Of a DNA stretch of 64,000 nucleotides, positions 9,720 through 19,233 are shown piece by piece; position 1 is the stretch's first letter; each line of letters starts with the position of its first letter. The stretch covers positions 36,194 through 100,193 of the forward strand of contig JANLSK010000312.1 in assembly GCA_031362415.1 (NCBI GenBank), written 5' to 3'. A program made the position numbers and the translations under genes. This DNA is from Actinomycetes bacterium (GTDB lineage: Bacteria > Actinomycetota > Acidimicrobiia > IMCC26256 > VFJJ01). The notes beneath the pieces are model-generated. The model was not told where the DNA came from. It saw only the letters and a program-made list of their open reading frames with translations, and ran no database searches.

Positions 9720-10904
9720 ATGAGCGTCACGTGGGACCCGTTCGACACGGCGATCGACACCGACCCGTACCCGGTGTGGAAGCAGCTGCGCGACGAGCAA
9801 CCGTTGTACCGCAACGAGGAGTACGACTTCTGGGCGCTGAGCCGCTACGACGATGTCGCGGCCGCACACCGGAGCCCGATCGTGTTCAGCTCCGCGCACG
9901 GGACCGTGCTCGAGATCATGTCGCCCACGCCCTATCCGCCGGGCAACATCATCTTCCAGGACCCGCCGGGCCACACGACCCTGCGAACGCTCGTGTCGAG
10001 GGCCTTCACGCCCCGTCGGGTGTCGGGGCTCGACGTTCGCATCCGGGAGCTGTGCGCCGAGCTGCTCGACCCGTTGGTGGGCGCGGGATCGTTCGATTTC
10101 ATCACCGACTTCGCCCAGCAGCTCCCGTCGCTGGTGATCTCCGCGCTGCTCGGGGTCCCCGATGACGACCGCGAGGAGGTGCGTCACCACATCGACATGG
10201 TGTTCCACCTCGAGCCGGGCAAAGGCATGATCAACGACATCTCGTTCGGGGCCCAGATCTGGCTCCACGAGTACCTCTCGGCGCTGCTGGCCGAGCGCAG
10301 GCGAGCACCATCCGACGACCTGCTGAGCGGACTCGTCCAGGCCGAGATCGCCGACGAGTCGGGCGAGCTGCGTCGGCTCACCACCGACGAGGCGGCGGGG
10401 TTCGCCAACCTGCTCGTCAGCGCCGGCACCGAGACCGTGGCGCGGCTGCTCGGGTGGGCCTGCATCGTCCTCGACGCCCATCCCGACCAGCGGGCCCAAC
10501 TCGCCGCCGACGCGTCGCTGGTGCCCGGGGCGGTCGAGGAGCTGCTGCGCTACGAGCCGCCGTCGCCCGTCCAGGGCCGGTGGCTCACCAAGCCCGTCGA
10601 GCTGCACGGCACCGTCCTTCCCCCGGGTTCACGGATCCTGCTCCTGACCGGGGGCGCAGGGCGTGACGAGCGGGCATATCCCGAGCCCGATCGTTTCGAC
10701 GTGCACCGGGAGCTGGGCCAGCACGTGTCGTTCGGGCTGGGAATCCACTTCTGCGTGGGCGCGGCGCTGGCCCGGTTGGAGGGTCGGATCGGCATCGAGG
10801 AGGCGCTGGCCCGCTTCCCCCGCTGGGAGGTCGACCTCGACCGGGCCGTCCAGCAGCACACGAGCACGGTACGCGGCTACTCCTCGATACCCGTGCGGAT
10901 CTGA
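9720..10904 (+). CDS. Cytochrome P450
   Basis: SAGTET I-helix, EELLR (ExxR), FGLGIHFCVG heme-Cys motif. Confidence 0.96.
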   Translation: MSVTWDPFDTAIDTDPYPVWKQLRDEQPLYRNEEYDFWALSRYDDVAAAHRSPIVFSSAHGTVLEIMSPTPYPPGNIIFQDPPGHTTLRTLVSRAFTPRRVSGLDVRIRELCAELLDPLVGAGSFDFITDFAQQLPSLVISALLGVPDDDREEVRHHIDMVFHLEPGKGMINDISFGAQIWLHEYLSALLAERRRAPSDDLLSGLVQAEIADESGELRRLTTDEAAGFANLLVSAGTETVARLLGWACIVLDAHPDQRAQLAADASLVPGAVEELLRYEPPSPVQGRWLTKPVELHGTVLPPGSRILLLTGGAGRDERAYPEPDRFDVHRELGQHVSFGLGIHFCVGAALARLEGRIGIEEALARFPRWEVDLDRAVQQHTSTVRGYSSIPVRI

Positions 10905-10977
10905 CCGGCTCGCCGAGTCGCACGCCGGGTCGAGTCGCGCGCTCGCCCGGTCAGCGGGATCGGTCACGCTCGAGTCG

Positions 10978-11003
10978 GGAACTCGGGGCGTCTCCCTGTC
11001 GTC
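10978..11003 (+). promoter_or_regulatory. Putative ECF-sigma promoter (GGAAC-N17-CGTC) upstream of the VWA lipoprotein gene
   Basis: Matches the generic ECF AAC(-35)/CGT(-10) pattern; followed by a GAGGAG RBS and the ATG at 11033. Confidence 0.4.
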
Positions 11004-11032
11004 TGAGGGGGCACACCTACGAGGAGCGCTCC

Positions 11033-12502
11033 ATGAACCGGCACCTCCTGCTCGCCCCGTCGCTCGCCGCCCTGCTCCTCGCCGCGTCCTGCGGTGGCGG
11101 CGAGGGTGACGACGGCGACTCGTCCGCCCGATCCGATTCGGCCACCGCGACTGCCGGGGATGGTGGCGCTCCCGGGGACCCGGGATCCTCCGAGGCCGAG
11201 GCGACGATCGCGCCTACCGGCTGGTTCGACTATGACGCCGGCGAGCCGTGGGAGGGCGACGGCTCGGGCTCGGCGGGCTCCGAGGTCGACGGAGTCATGG
11301 TTGGGGACGTCGCGTCCAGCCACGAGAGCGCGGCCTCCGCGACCACGACCGCAGTCGCCAGCGAGGCCTTCGACAGTCCGACGGCCGGGCCCGCGCTGGC
11401 GCCAGCCCCGGTCCCCGACTCGGGCGGACCGACCACACCCGTCGTTCAGGGGCCGCTCCAAGCGGGATCGGTCGACGACAACGCCACCTGGGCTGACTAC
11501 CTGGCCTACCGAGAGGAGTTCGCCTCCTTCGGGATCGCCGTGCACGACGTCGACGTGAGCGACCGGCGGATCGTCACCGTGGTCGACCGTGACGGCATCC
11601 CGGTACGCGGGGCGGTGCTGTCGTTCACGGCCGATCGGGCCGACATGACCCCGATCGTCCGGACGACCTTCGCAGACGGTCGCACGGTGTTCTTCCCGTC
11701 GGCCCACCTCGCCGCCTCGGCCGGCGACTGGACGGCCACCGTGATGTTCGGCGACGTGTCGGGCACCGTCCACATCGGCTCTGACGACGCGATCCACGAT
11801 TACCAGGTGACGCTCGACGTGTCGGCGACAACGGCGACCGTCCCCCTCGACGTGATGTTCCTCCTCGACGCCACAGGCAGCATGGGCGACGAGATCGACC
11901 GCCTCAAGACCTCGATCGCCCAGGTGTCGGAACGGGTCAAGGCCCTCGAGTCACACCCCGACGTCCGCTTCGGGATGACCGTCTACCGAGACCGCGGTGA
12001 TGTGTTCGTGACCCGCTCCTTCGATCTGACGGCCGACATCAGCGCGTTCGCGACAGCCCTCGATCTTGTCGAGGCCGGAGGCGGTGGCGACACGCCGGAG
12101 TCCTTGAACGCCGGGCTCCACGACGTGGTGAACGTTCCATCGTGGCGCCCGGCCGCGGCCGGCGCGGTCCGGCTGGTGTTCCTCGTGGCCGACGCCGCGC
12201 CGCACCTCGACTACCAGGACGACACCGACTACGCCGTCGAGATGCAAGCTGCCGCGGAGGCCGGGATCAAGGTCTTCCCCATCGCGTCCAGCGGGCTCGA
12301 CGACCAGGGTGAGTACATCTTCCGTCAGATCGCCCAGCACACGATGGGCCGCTTCGTGTTCCTCACCTATGGCGCCGGCGGTGCGCCCACACCCGGCACC
12401 GAGACCGACCTCCACGTCGAGGGCTACGAGGTGCTCTCGCTCGACGATCTGGTGGTCCGCCTCGTGGCCGAGGAGCTCGGCGACCGAGCGGGTCGGCAGT
12501 AG
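11033..12502 (+). CDS. VWA domain-containing lipoprotein
   Basis: Lipobox LLLAASC, acidic low-complexity linker, MIDAS-like DATGSMGD, GGGDTPES, ADAAPH. Confidence 0.88.
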   Translation: MNRHLLLAPSLAALLLAASCGGGEGDDGDSSARSDSATATAGDGGAPGDPGSSEAEATIAPTGWFDYDAGEPWEGDGSGSAGSEVDGVMVGDVASSHESAASATTTAVASEAFDSPTAGPALAPAPVPDSGGPTTPVVQGPLQAGSVDDNATWADYLAYREEFASFGIAVHDVDVSDRRIVTVVDRDGIPVRGAVLSFTADRADMTPIVRTTFADGRTVFFPSAHLAASAGDWTATVMFGDVSGTVHIGSDDAIHDYQVTLDVSATTATVPLDVMFLLDATGSMGDEIDRLKTSIAQVSERVKALESHPDVRFGMTVYRDRGDVFVTRSFDLTADISAFATALDLVEAGGGGDTPESLNAGLHDVVNVPSWRPAAAGAVRLVFLVADAAPHLDYQDDTDYAVEMQAAAEAGIKVFPIASSGLDDQGEYIFRQIAQHTMGRFVFLTYGAGGAPTPGTETDLHVEGYEVLSLDDLVVRLVAEELGDRAGRQ

Positions 12503-12605
12503 CGAGCCGGCCGGGCTCGCCGAGCTCGACCCGCTCGACCCGTCGGCACTCGACCCGTCGCGCGGTGTCGAGCCTGTAGGGTGCGAGCTGACGAAGGGAA
12601 ACCCC

Positions 12606-12722
12606 ATGCCGAGCAAGACCCCGCAAAAGCCCAACTCCGCCAAGAAGGCGGAGAAGACCCTCAAAGAGAAGCGCCAGGACAAGAAGGCCAAGTCCAATGC
12701 CAAGAAGGGGCTCGGGATCTAG
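12606..12722 (+). CDS. Small lysine-rich protein (38 aa)
   Basis: MPSKTPQKPNSAKKAEKTLKEKRQDKKAKSNAKKGLGI; GAAGGGA RBS; strongly G/C third codon positions. Confidence 0.75.
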   Translation: MPSKTPQKPNSAKKAEKTLKEKRQDKKAKSNAKKGLGI

Positions 12723-12844
12723 ATCTGATCGGGGTCAGGCCGAGGTCTGATCGCCGGTCGATCGCCGCCAGCAAGCCCTCACGGTCGGCGACGGCTTCAC
12801 GCTGCCGCCGGGACGGACCGGGACCAGGCCGTCCCGCTCGCCGA

Positions 12845-14047
12845 TCACCGCGGCGACACCCCGAGCTCCAGGTAGCGTGCGTACAGCCGACGCACGTGCA
12901 TCCTGCGGTCGGCGGTGAACTCGGCCACGTCGATGTCGATCCAGGGCGGCGCGCCCGGGGGCGACGTTCGGGCGCGATCTCGACGAGCTGTCAGTGCAGC
13001 CACGGCCGGCTTGGGCGAGCCATCGGCCCGCCACAACCCGAAGGTTCGCTCGTGTACCGCCTCGTCGAACGGCGGGTGGTCGTGGAGCGTCGGCGCATAG
13101 TCGGTGAAGCACCAGAGCAGCGCTCCGATGCACCCCACGTCGAGCAGGTTGTCGAGCACCGCTGCGGTGTACTCGGCGGCGTCGGTCTCGTCGACGAGCA
13201 TCGGGTGCGCAGCCCCGCCCGCGGATGAGGTGGGGAGCCCGAACTCCTCGAAGAGGATCGGAGCGCCGCCGGCGAGCCAGCCCGTCACCAGGGCCAGGAA
13301 CGGCACGACGTGAGGATCGGTCGGTCCGCTCGCCCAGTCGGCGTAGATCGGGTAGCCGTGCATGCACACGACATCGCACCACCGGGCGGCCTCGGCGGGG
13401 CCGATGAGACGGTCGTCCTCGAGGTCCTCCATGTGGATCCCGATCGTGATCGGGCGGCCCGGATCGCCGGCTCGGAGCGTGCCCGTCATGACCTCCAGCC
13501 ACCGCTGCGCCGACTCCTGGTCGGGCGGAATCGTGCAGTTGGAGTTCTCGTTGCCCAGGTCCCAGGCCCACACCGCCGGGTGCCCACGCAGCGCATGGGC
13601 CGTAGCAGCGGCGAGTCGAGCCTGCGCGGCCACCACCTCCGGGTCCCCGTACCAGTTCCGCATTCCCGTGGCCCGGGGTGCGACCGCGCCTGCCGAGACG
13701 ATACGAAAGCGTCGATCGCCCCCGGTTCCACCGGTGGCCCAACCCGGGATGTAGTTCACACCGCTCATGTGGCCGGTGAACAGGGTCACGATCAGCTCGA
13801 CACCGGTCTCCAGAGCGGCGTCGGCTGCGTCGACAAGGTTGGCGAGCACTCGGGCGTCGATGTCCCGGGCGGTGGGTTGGATGTCTTCCCAGCGCAGGAA
13901 CACGCGAACGGTGTCGAGGCCGGCGGAGGCGATACGGCGGAAATCGTTGCGGGTTCCAGCGGGGTCGTACCGGCGCAACCAGTCCATGGCCACGCTCGAC
14001 GGCCAATAGTTCACGCCGAGGCGAAAGCGATCTGTGAGCTCAGGCAC
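12845..14047 (-). CDS. Clan GH-A glycoside hydrolase (GH5-like, possibly beta-mannosidase/mannanase)
   Basis: GVNYWP, 'GLDTVRVFLRWEDIQP', WDLGNE (acid/base), HGYP, LFEEFG (nucleophile), LLWCFTD, FGLWRADGSPKP. Confidence 0.85.
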   Translation of the reverse strand: MPELTDRFRLGVNYWPSSVAMDWLRRYDPAGTRNDFRRIASAGLDTVRVFLRWEDIQPTARDIDARVLANLVDAADAALETGVELIVTLFTGHMSGVNYIPGWATGGTGGDRRFRIVSAGAVAPRATGMRNWYGDPEVVAAQARLAAATAHALRGHPAVWAWDLGNENSNCTIPPDQESAQRWLEVMTGTLRAGDPGRPITIGIHMEDLEDDRLIGPAEAARWCDVVCMHGYPIYADWASGPTDPHVVPFLALVTGWLAGGAPILFEEFGLPTSSAGGAAHPMLVDETDAAEYTAAVLDNLLDVGCIGALLWCFTDYAPTLHDHPPFDEAVHERTFGLWRADGSPKPAVAALTARRDRARTSPPGAPPWIDIDVAEFTADRRMHVRRLYARYLELGVSPR

Positions 14048-15089
14048 CGTCGAGCACCCGCTCGTAGACGGCCAGGTACTCGTTCACCATGCGATCGCGT
14101 CCGAACCGCTCAACGGTAAGAGTCCGAATCTGCCCACGGTCGAGCGATCCGACTCGCTCCGGCGCCAGCGCCAGCGCCGCTCCCTCGATGTCGTGGACAA
14201 CGAAGCCGGTGACGCCGTCGTCGATGAGCTCGCGCATCGAGCCCCGGTCAAACGCCACCACCGGCGTGCCACAGGCCATCGCCTCGACCACGCTGAATCC
14301 GAACGGCTCGTCGAAGCCGATCAGGTGCAGCAGCGCCAGCGCGCCACCAAGCAGCTCCGAGCGCTGATCGGGACCCACCGGACCGATGAATCGGACCCTT
14401 TCCCCGTCGATGCGGGGCGCCACCTCGTCATCGAAGTACCGCTGGTCCTGGATGATCCCCGCCATCACGAGCGCCACGCCGGCGCGTGCTGCAGCGCCGA
14501 TGGCCTCCACGGCACCTTTGTCGGGGTGGATCCGGCCGAAGAACAGCGCGTAGCCGCCCGGCGCCGGGTGCAGGGTGAAGGCGTCGGTGTCGATGCCGTG
14601 GTGAATGGTGGCGGCGTAGTCGAGGCGCGGATGGCGGTCGGACGCGCTGATCGCCACGTAGGCCGTGGCGCCGTTGTACTTCTCGTACACCTGGAGGATC
14701 CGCGGTGACGAGAACCCGTGGATGGTCGTGAGGATCGGTGTGGCCACCAGACCGGAGTAGGTGAGCGGCAGGAAGTCGAACCCGTTGTGGATGAGGTCGA
14801 ACTCGTGGGCCCGTTCGAAAACCTGGGCGATGTGCAGGCACTCGGCGACCTTGGGCTCGACGTCGGGATCTTCCGACCAACCATGGGCGACGACCGACGC
14901 CAGGCGGGCGTCGGTCACCGAGTCGGCCGACGCGAACAGCGTCACATCGACACCCCGAGCGACGAGGCCCTCGGTCAGCAACGATGCGAACAGCTCCCAT
15001 GGTCCGTAGTGGCGCGGGGGAACCCGCCAGGAGATGGGGGCGAGGACGGCCACTCGCAGGGGGCGGCCCCGTGGTGCAAGGGGTGTCAA
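14040..15089 (-). CDS. Glycosyltransferase family 4
   Basis: VPPRHYGPWE, GRIHPDKG, EPFGFSVVEAMACGTPVVA; start uncertain (TTG at about 15089). Confidence 0.88.
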   Translation of the reverse strand: MTPLAPRGRPLRVAVLAPISWRVPPRHYGPWELFASLLTEGLVARGVDVTLFASADSVTDARLASVVAHGWSEDPDVEPKVAECLHIAQVFERAHEFDLIHNGFDFLPLTYSGLVATPILTTIHGFSSPRILQVYEKYNGATAYVAISASDRHPRLDYAATIHHGIDTDAFTLHPAPGGYALFFGRIHPDKGAVEAIGAAARAGVALVMAGIIQDQRYFDDEVAPRIDGERVRFIGPVGPDQRSELLGGALALLHLIGFDEPFGFSVVEAMACGTPVVAFDRGSMRELIDDGVTGFVVHDIEGAALALAPERVGSLDRGQIRTLTVERFGRDRMVNEYLAVYERVLDGA

Positions 15090-15419
15090 CCCGACCGACC
15101 GTACCAGTGCGAGCTGACGAACTCCGAGCGCGAACGCACGGTCCGGGGCCGGCTTCGGACCGTCGCATGACGCTTCGGCCCCGTTTCGGTGACGGCCCGG
15201 TGCGGGTAGAACGGCCGAACCATGTACCCTCACGATCAATCGGGCGCCCTGAGCGTGCAGCCCGAAGCAGACAATGCCCCAGTGGTGCAGAGCCGCACGT
15301 CCAGACCTCGTGTGCCTAGCTCGCCGCACCCCCATCCCGCGACGCAATCGTCGCATCCCGCGACCCCCATGGGTCGTTCCCACGATCACAGTCGGCCGAG
15401 CGCCGATGGAAATGACGAC

Positions 15420-16571
15420 GTGTCGCGTTCCTACGGATTTCTCAGTACCTATCCGCCCACCCAGTGCGGCCTCGCCACCTTCAGCGCCGCTCTCGGGCGT
15501 CATCTCGCCGATTCCGCCTCGACCGACGAGATTGGCGTGGTACGGGTCGCCGGCCGCGCGGTGGACCGCCGCGATGCAGAAACATCCCCCGGCGAGGTCG
15601 TCGGTGAGCTGATCGCCGGATCGCCCACGTCTCTCCGGCGAGCCGTCGCCACGCTCAACGAGTTCGACGTTGCTCTCGTCCAACACGAGTACGGGATCTT
15701 CGGTGGGCCCGACGGCGCCGAGATTCTGAACCTGCTCGAGGCCTTGGCCGTGCCGAGCATCGTCGTGCTCCACACCGTGCCCGTGGAGCCGACCCCGAAC
15801 CAGCGTTTCATCCTCGAACGGATCGCCGATCTTGCAGGCGCGGTCGTCGTGATGACCGATACGGCACACCGGCGCTTGATCTCCGGATATGCGGTCGAGT
15901 CCGAGAAGGTCGAGCTGATCCCCCACGGCGCCGCCGCGCCGGGTCCGCGAATCGCGCTCGAGCCGTTGCACCAACGACCGACGATCCTCACCTGGGGCCT
16001 GCTCGGTCCCGGCAAGGGGATCGAGTGGGGCATCGACGCCGTGGCCCTGCTGAGCGACCTGTCGCCGGCGCCGCGCTACCTCGTGCTCGGCCAGACCCAT
16101 CCCGTCGTGCGTGAGCGTGACGGCGAGTCGTACCGCGAGTCACTCATCGCCCGGGCCCGGAGGCTGGGCGTCGAGCACCTCGTCGAGTTCGACTCCGAGT
16201 ACCGCAGCGTCGATTCGCTCCAGCGGACGGCCCGCGACGCGACCGTCGTGCTCCTGCCGTACGACTCGCGCGATCAGGTGACATCCGGCGTTCTCACCGA
16301 GGCTGTCACCGCGGGGACGCCCGTCGTCGCCACGGCCTTTCCCCATGCCATCGACGTCCTCACGCAGGGCGCCGGTCTCGTGGTGCCCCAAGGGGACGCA
16401 CCAGCCATGGCGGCGGCTCTCCGGAGGATCCTGGTGGAGCCGGGGTTGGCCCGGCAGATGGCCAACGCCGGCCGTCCGATGGCGCTCACCTATGCCTGGC
16501 CTGCCGTGGCCGACCGCTACCGCCAGCTCGCTGAGCGGCTCGGAACCAGTAGAACCGCAGCCGTGGCGTGA
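15420..16571 (+). CDS. Glycosyltransferase family 4
   Basis: STYPPTQCGLATF, QHEYGIFGG, WGLLGPGKGIE, QVTSGVLTEA; start set at GTG 15420. Confidence 0.9.
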   Translation: MSRSYGFLSTYPPTQCGLATFSAALGRHLADSASTDEIGVVRVAGRAVDRRDAETSPGEVVGELIAGSPTSLRRAVATLNEFDVALVQHEYGIFGGPDGAEILNLLEALAVPSIVVLHTVPVEPTPNQRFILERIADLAGAVVVMTDTAHRRLISGYAVESEKVELIPHGAAAPGPRIALEPLHQRPTILTWGLLGPGKGIEWGIDAVALLSDLSPAPRYLVLGQTHPVVRERDGESYRESLIARARRLGVEHLVEFDSEYRSVDSLQRTARDATVVLLPYDSRDQVTSGVLTEAVTAGTPVVATAFPHAIDVLTQGAGLVVPQGDAPAMAAALRRILVEPGLARQMANAGRPMALTYAWPAVADRYRQLAERLGTSRTAAVA

Positions 16572-17668
16572 GGGTGCTCGACGTCTCGTTCGAGCACCTG
16601 TCCCGGCTCACCGACAACGACGGCATCGTCGAGCATGCCAAGGACGCGGTTCCCCGTCTCGACTGCGGCTACTGCCTCGATGACGCCGCCCGAGGGCTGG
16701 TGGTGGTGAGTCGCGAGTCCCCAGAATCCCAACGAGCTGATGAGCTCGCGAGGCTCGGCGCCATCTACCTGAGCGTGGTTCTACGAGCCCAGGCGCCCGG
16801 AGGCCAGTTCCACAACCGCCTCGACACCACAGGGCGCTGGACCGACGTGGCCAGCCTGGAGGATTGCTGGGGACGAGCGTTGTGGGGCCTGGGAAGCGCC
16901 GCCGCACGCAGCCCTCGGGTCGAGGTTCGCGACGCTGCGCTCCGGTGTTTCGAGCGAAGTGCCGGCCTCCGTTCGCCGTGGCGCCGAGCGATGGCGTTCG
17001 CGGCCCTGGGAGCCAGCGAGCTCCTCGTCGTCGACCCTGATCACCGCATGGCTCGCGATCTCGTCACTGCCGCCATCGCCTGCATCCGGCCCTCGGCACA
17101 GGGCAGGCCTTCTCCCCAGAGCAGGCCTTCGGCACAGGGCAGGCCCGAGACGCCGGGAGCGTCAGAGTCCTGGCCCTGGCCCGAGCCGCGCCTCAGATAC
17201 GCCAACGCGGCGATACCCGAGGCCCTGATCGTGGGCGGGCGTGCCCTCGGCGATGACGTCGTCGTCGTCGAGGGGCTCGAGCTCCTCGAATGGCTGTGCG
17301 ACATCGAGACTCGAGACGGACACTTTTCCGTCACACCGGTCGGTGGATGGGCACTCGGCGAGACCCGTCCGGGGTTCGACCAGCAGCCCATCGAGGTCGC
17401 TGCGCTCGCCGACGCCTGTGCCAGCGCATTCGATGCCACCGGCGAACACCGCTGGGTTCAGCGCGTGGAACTGGCCCAGGCCTGGTTCCTCGGCGACAAC
17501 GATGCCGGCGCTCCCCTGTTCGATCCGGCGACGGGCGGCGGCTGCGACGGCCTCGAACCGAACGGCGCCAACATGAATCAAGGGGCCGAGTCGACCCTGG
17601 CCCTGGTGTCGACGTTCCAGCAGGCTCGGCGACTCCGCGATGTGAACGGTGGCGATGAGGGTGGATGA
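16568..17668 (+). CDS. Six-hairpin glycosidase-like protein; domain often fused C-terminally to GT4 enzymes
   Basis: HLSRLTDNDGIVEHA, GYCLDDAAR, EDCWGRALWGLG, YANA, FDQQPIE, GGCDGL, NQGAESTL; GTGA coupling to the upstream GT4. Confidence 0.75.
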   Translation: MRVLDVSFEHLSRLTDNDGIVEHAKDAVPRLDCGYCLDDAARGLVVVSRESPESQRADELARLGAIYLSVVLRAQAPGGQFHNRLDTTGRWTDVASLEDCWGRALWGLGSAAARSPRVEVRDAALRCFERSAGLRSPWRRAMAFAALGASELLVVDPDHRMARDLVTAAIACIRPSAQGRPSPQSRPSAQGRPETPGASESWPWPEPRLRYANAAIPEALIVGGRALGDDVVVVEGLELLEWLCDIETRDGHFSVTPVGGWALGETRPGFDQQPIEVAALADACASAFDATGEHRWVQRVELAQAWFLGDNDAGAPLFDPATGGGCDGLEPNGANMNQGAESTLALVSTFQQARRLRDVNGGDEGG

Positions 17669-19154
17669 CCTCGTCGCTCGGCACGCCACGATCCCGGTGA
17701 GAACCTCGCCGTACGCCATTCGGGCCGATCCTCGGCGGGTCTTGGCCAGGCTGCTCGTTGCCGGCGACGAGATGATGGTCGGTGGAGAGTCGCGCGCCGC
17801 CCTGGTCGTCAAGCGAGTGCTCGCTCTCTCGGAGCCGGCGGCCGCAGCGGCCCTCGACGAGGTGACCGAGGCCTTCTCGAGCCGGCACCGCGATCTCCAC
17901 GGCCTGTTCGATCAGCACTTCTTGGTCGTTGCCCATCGGCTGCCAAAGGATGTCGAGCTATCGAGCACCCGGCGGCGGCTCATCGGCGCCTATTTCACAC
18001 AGGAGTACGCCGTCGAGGCTGCGGCGTTGTTCAACCCGTCGATCGTCCTGCATCCGGACCAGGACGGGCTGAACCCTGGACAGGCACGCTTCGTGATGAG
18101 CCTGCGAGCGGTCGGCGAGGGGCACCGGTCGAGCATCGAGTTCAGGACCGGCGTGATGGGCGCCGGGGGCACCATCGCGCTCGACGATCCCGGGCCCTAT
18201 GTCGTGGCGGGCACCCCGGTCGACCCGGTGTTCGATCGCGCGCTTTTTCAGCGGGCGCTCGACGAGCTGACGGCACACAGCGAGGACATGGCGTTCGTCA
18301 TCGAGACGCTCCCCCGCAGTTTCGGCCGCGTCGAGCTCGATCAGGTCCTCGCGCTCTTGCGCTCCCACCAGGTCACCCGGCCGTCGGCGCTCCTGACCTC
18401 TGCACATATCGAGCTGGTCGCTTCGTGCAACTACGACATCGAGTTCCCGCTCAACTCGGCTTTGGCGGAGCGAGTGCTCTGGCCGCAAAGCCCCACCGAG
18501 ACCAACGGTATGGAGGACGCCCGCTTCGTCAAGTTCATCGACGACGACGGTACGACGCGCTATTACGGCACCTATACCGCATTCGACGGGTCCCACATCG
18601 CGCCTCAGCTCATCGAGACCCGGGACTTTCGGGTGTTTCGGGTGTCGCAGCTCACGGGTCCTTCGGCCAAGAACAAGGGCATGGCCTTGTTTCCTCGGCG
18701 GATCGACGGCTCGTTCGTCGCGCTGACGCGATCAGATCGCGAAAGCATCGGCATCGCAACGTCCGACAACGCCCTGGTCTGGGGCGAGTCGACGATCGTG
18801 CAGTCTCCGCTCGAGCCGTGGGAGCTGATCCAGATCGGCAATTGCGGATCGCCCATAGAAACGCCCGAAGGCTGGCTCGTGCTCACACACGGCGTGGGTC
18901 CGATGCGGGTGTATTCGATGGGCGCCGTGCTGCTCGACCTCCACGATCCGTGTCGGGTCATCGGCCGGCTGCGACGGCCATGGCTCGCCCCGACCGGGGC
19001 CGAGCGCGACGGCTATGTGCCCAACGTCGTGTACTCGTGCGGAGCGCTGGTCCACGATGACACGTTGGTGGTGCCCTACGGAAGTAGTGACGCCGCGGTG
19101 GGCATTGCCTACGTGGCCCTTCCCGAGCTCCTGGCAGCGCTGCGCTCGCCCTGA
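17649..19154 (+). CDS. Glycoside hydrolase family 130 (beta-mannoside phosphorylase/hydrolase) with N-terminal extension
   Basis: AALFNPS, SLRAVGEGH.SSIEF, GMEDARFV, KNKGMALFPRRI, QIGNCGSPIET, GYVPNVVYSCG. Confidence 0.88.
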   Translation: MAMRVDDLVARHATIPVRTSPYAIRADPRRVLARLLVAGDEMMVGGESRAALVVKRVLALSEPAAAAALDEVTEAFSSRHRDLHGLFDQHFLVVAHRLPKDVELSSTRRRLIGAYFTQEYAVEAAALFNPSIVLHPDQDGLNPGQARFVMSLRAVGEGHRSSIEFRTGVMGAGGTIALDDPGPYVVAGTPVDPVFDRALFQRALDELTAHSEDMAFVIETLPRSFGRVELDQVLALLRSHQVTRPSALLTSAHIELVASCNYDIEFPLNSALAERVLWPQSPTETNGMEDARFVKFIDDDGTTRYYGTYTAFDGSHIAPQLIETRDFRVFRVSQLTGPSAKNKGMALFPRRIDGSFVALTRSDRESIGIATSDNALVWGESTIVQSPLEPWELIQIGNCGSPIETPEGWLVLTHGVGPMRVYSMGAVLLDLHDPCRVIGRLRRPWLAPTGAERDGYVPNVVYSCGALVHDDTLVVPYGSSDAAVGIAYVALPELLAALRSP

Positions 19155-19233
19155 CACCGCCCTCGGTTCGCCCCGGCTCCGATACCGTTCTCGTTTCCAC
19201 CGCGAACGGCGGCCGCGAAACCGAGGAGACGCC

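Noticed and set aside
19155-19233. ZTP or THF riboswitch upstream of purU
   Set aside because: No recognisable conserved aptamer motifs in this short spacer.
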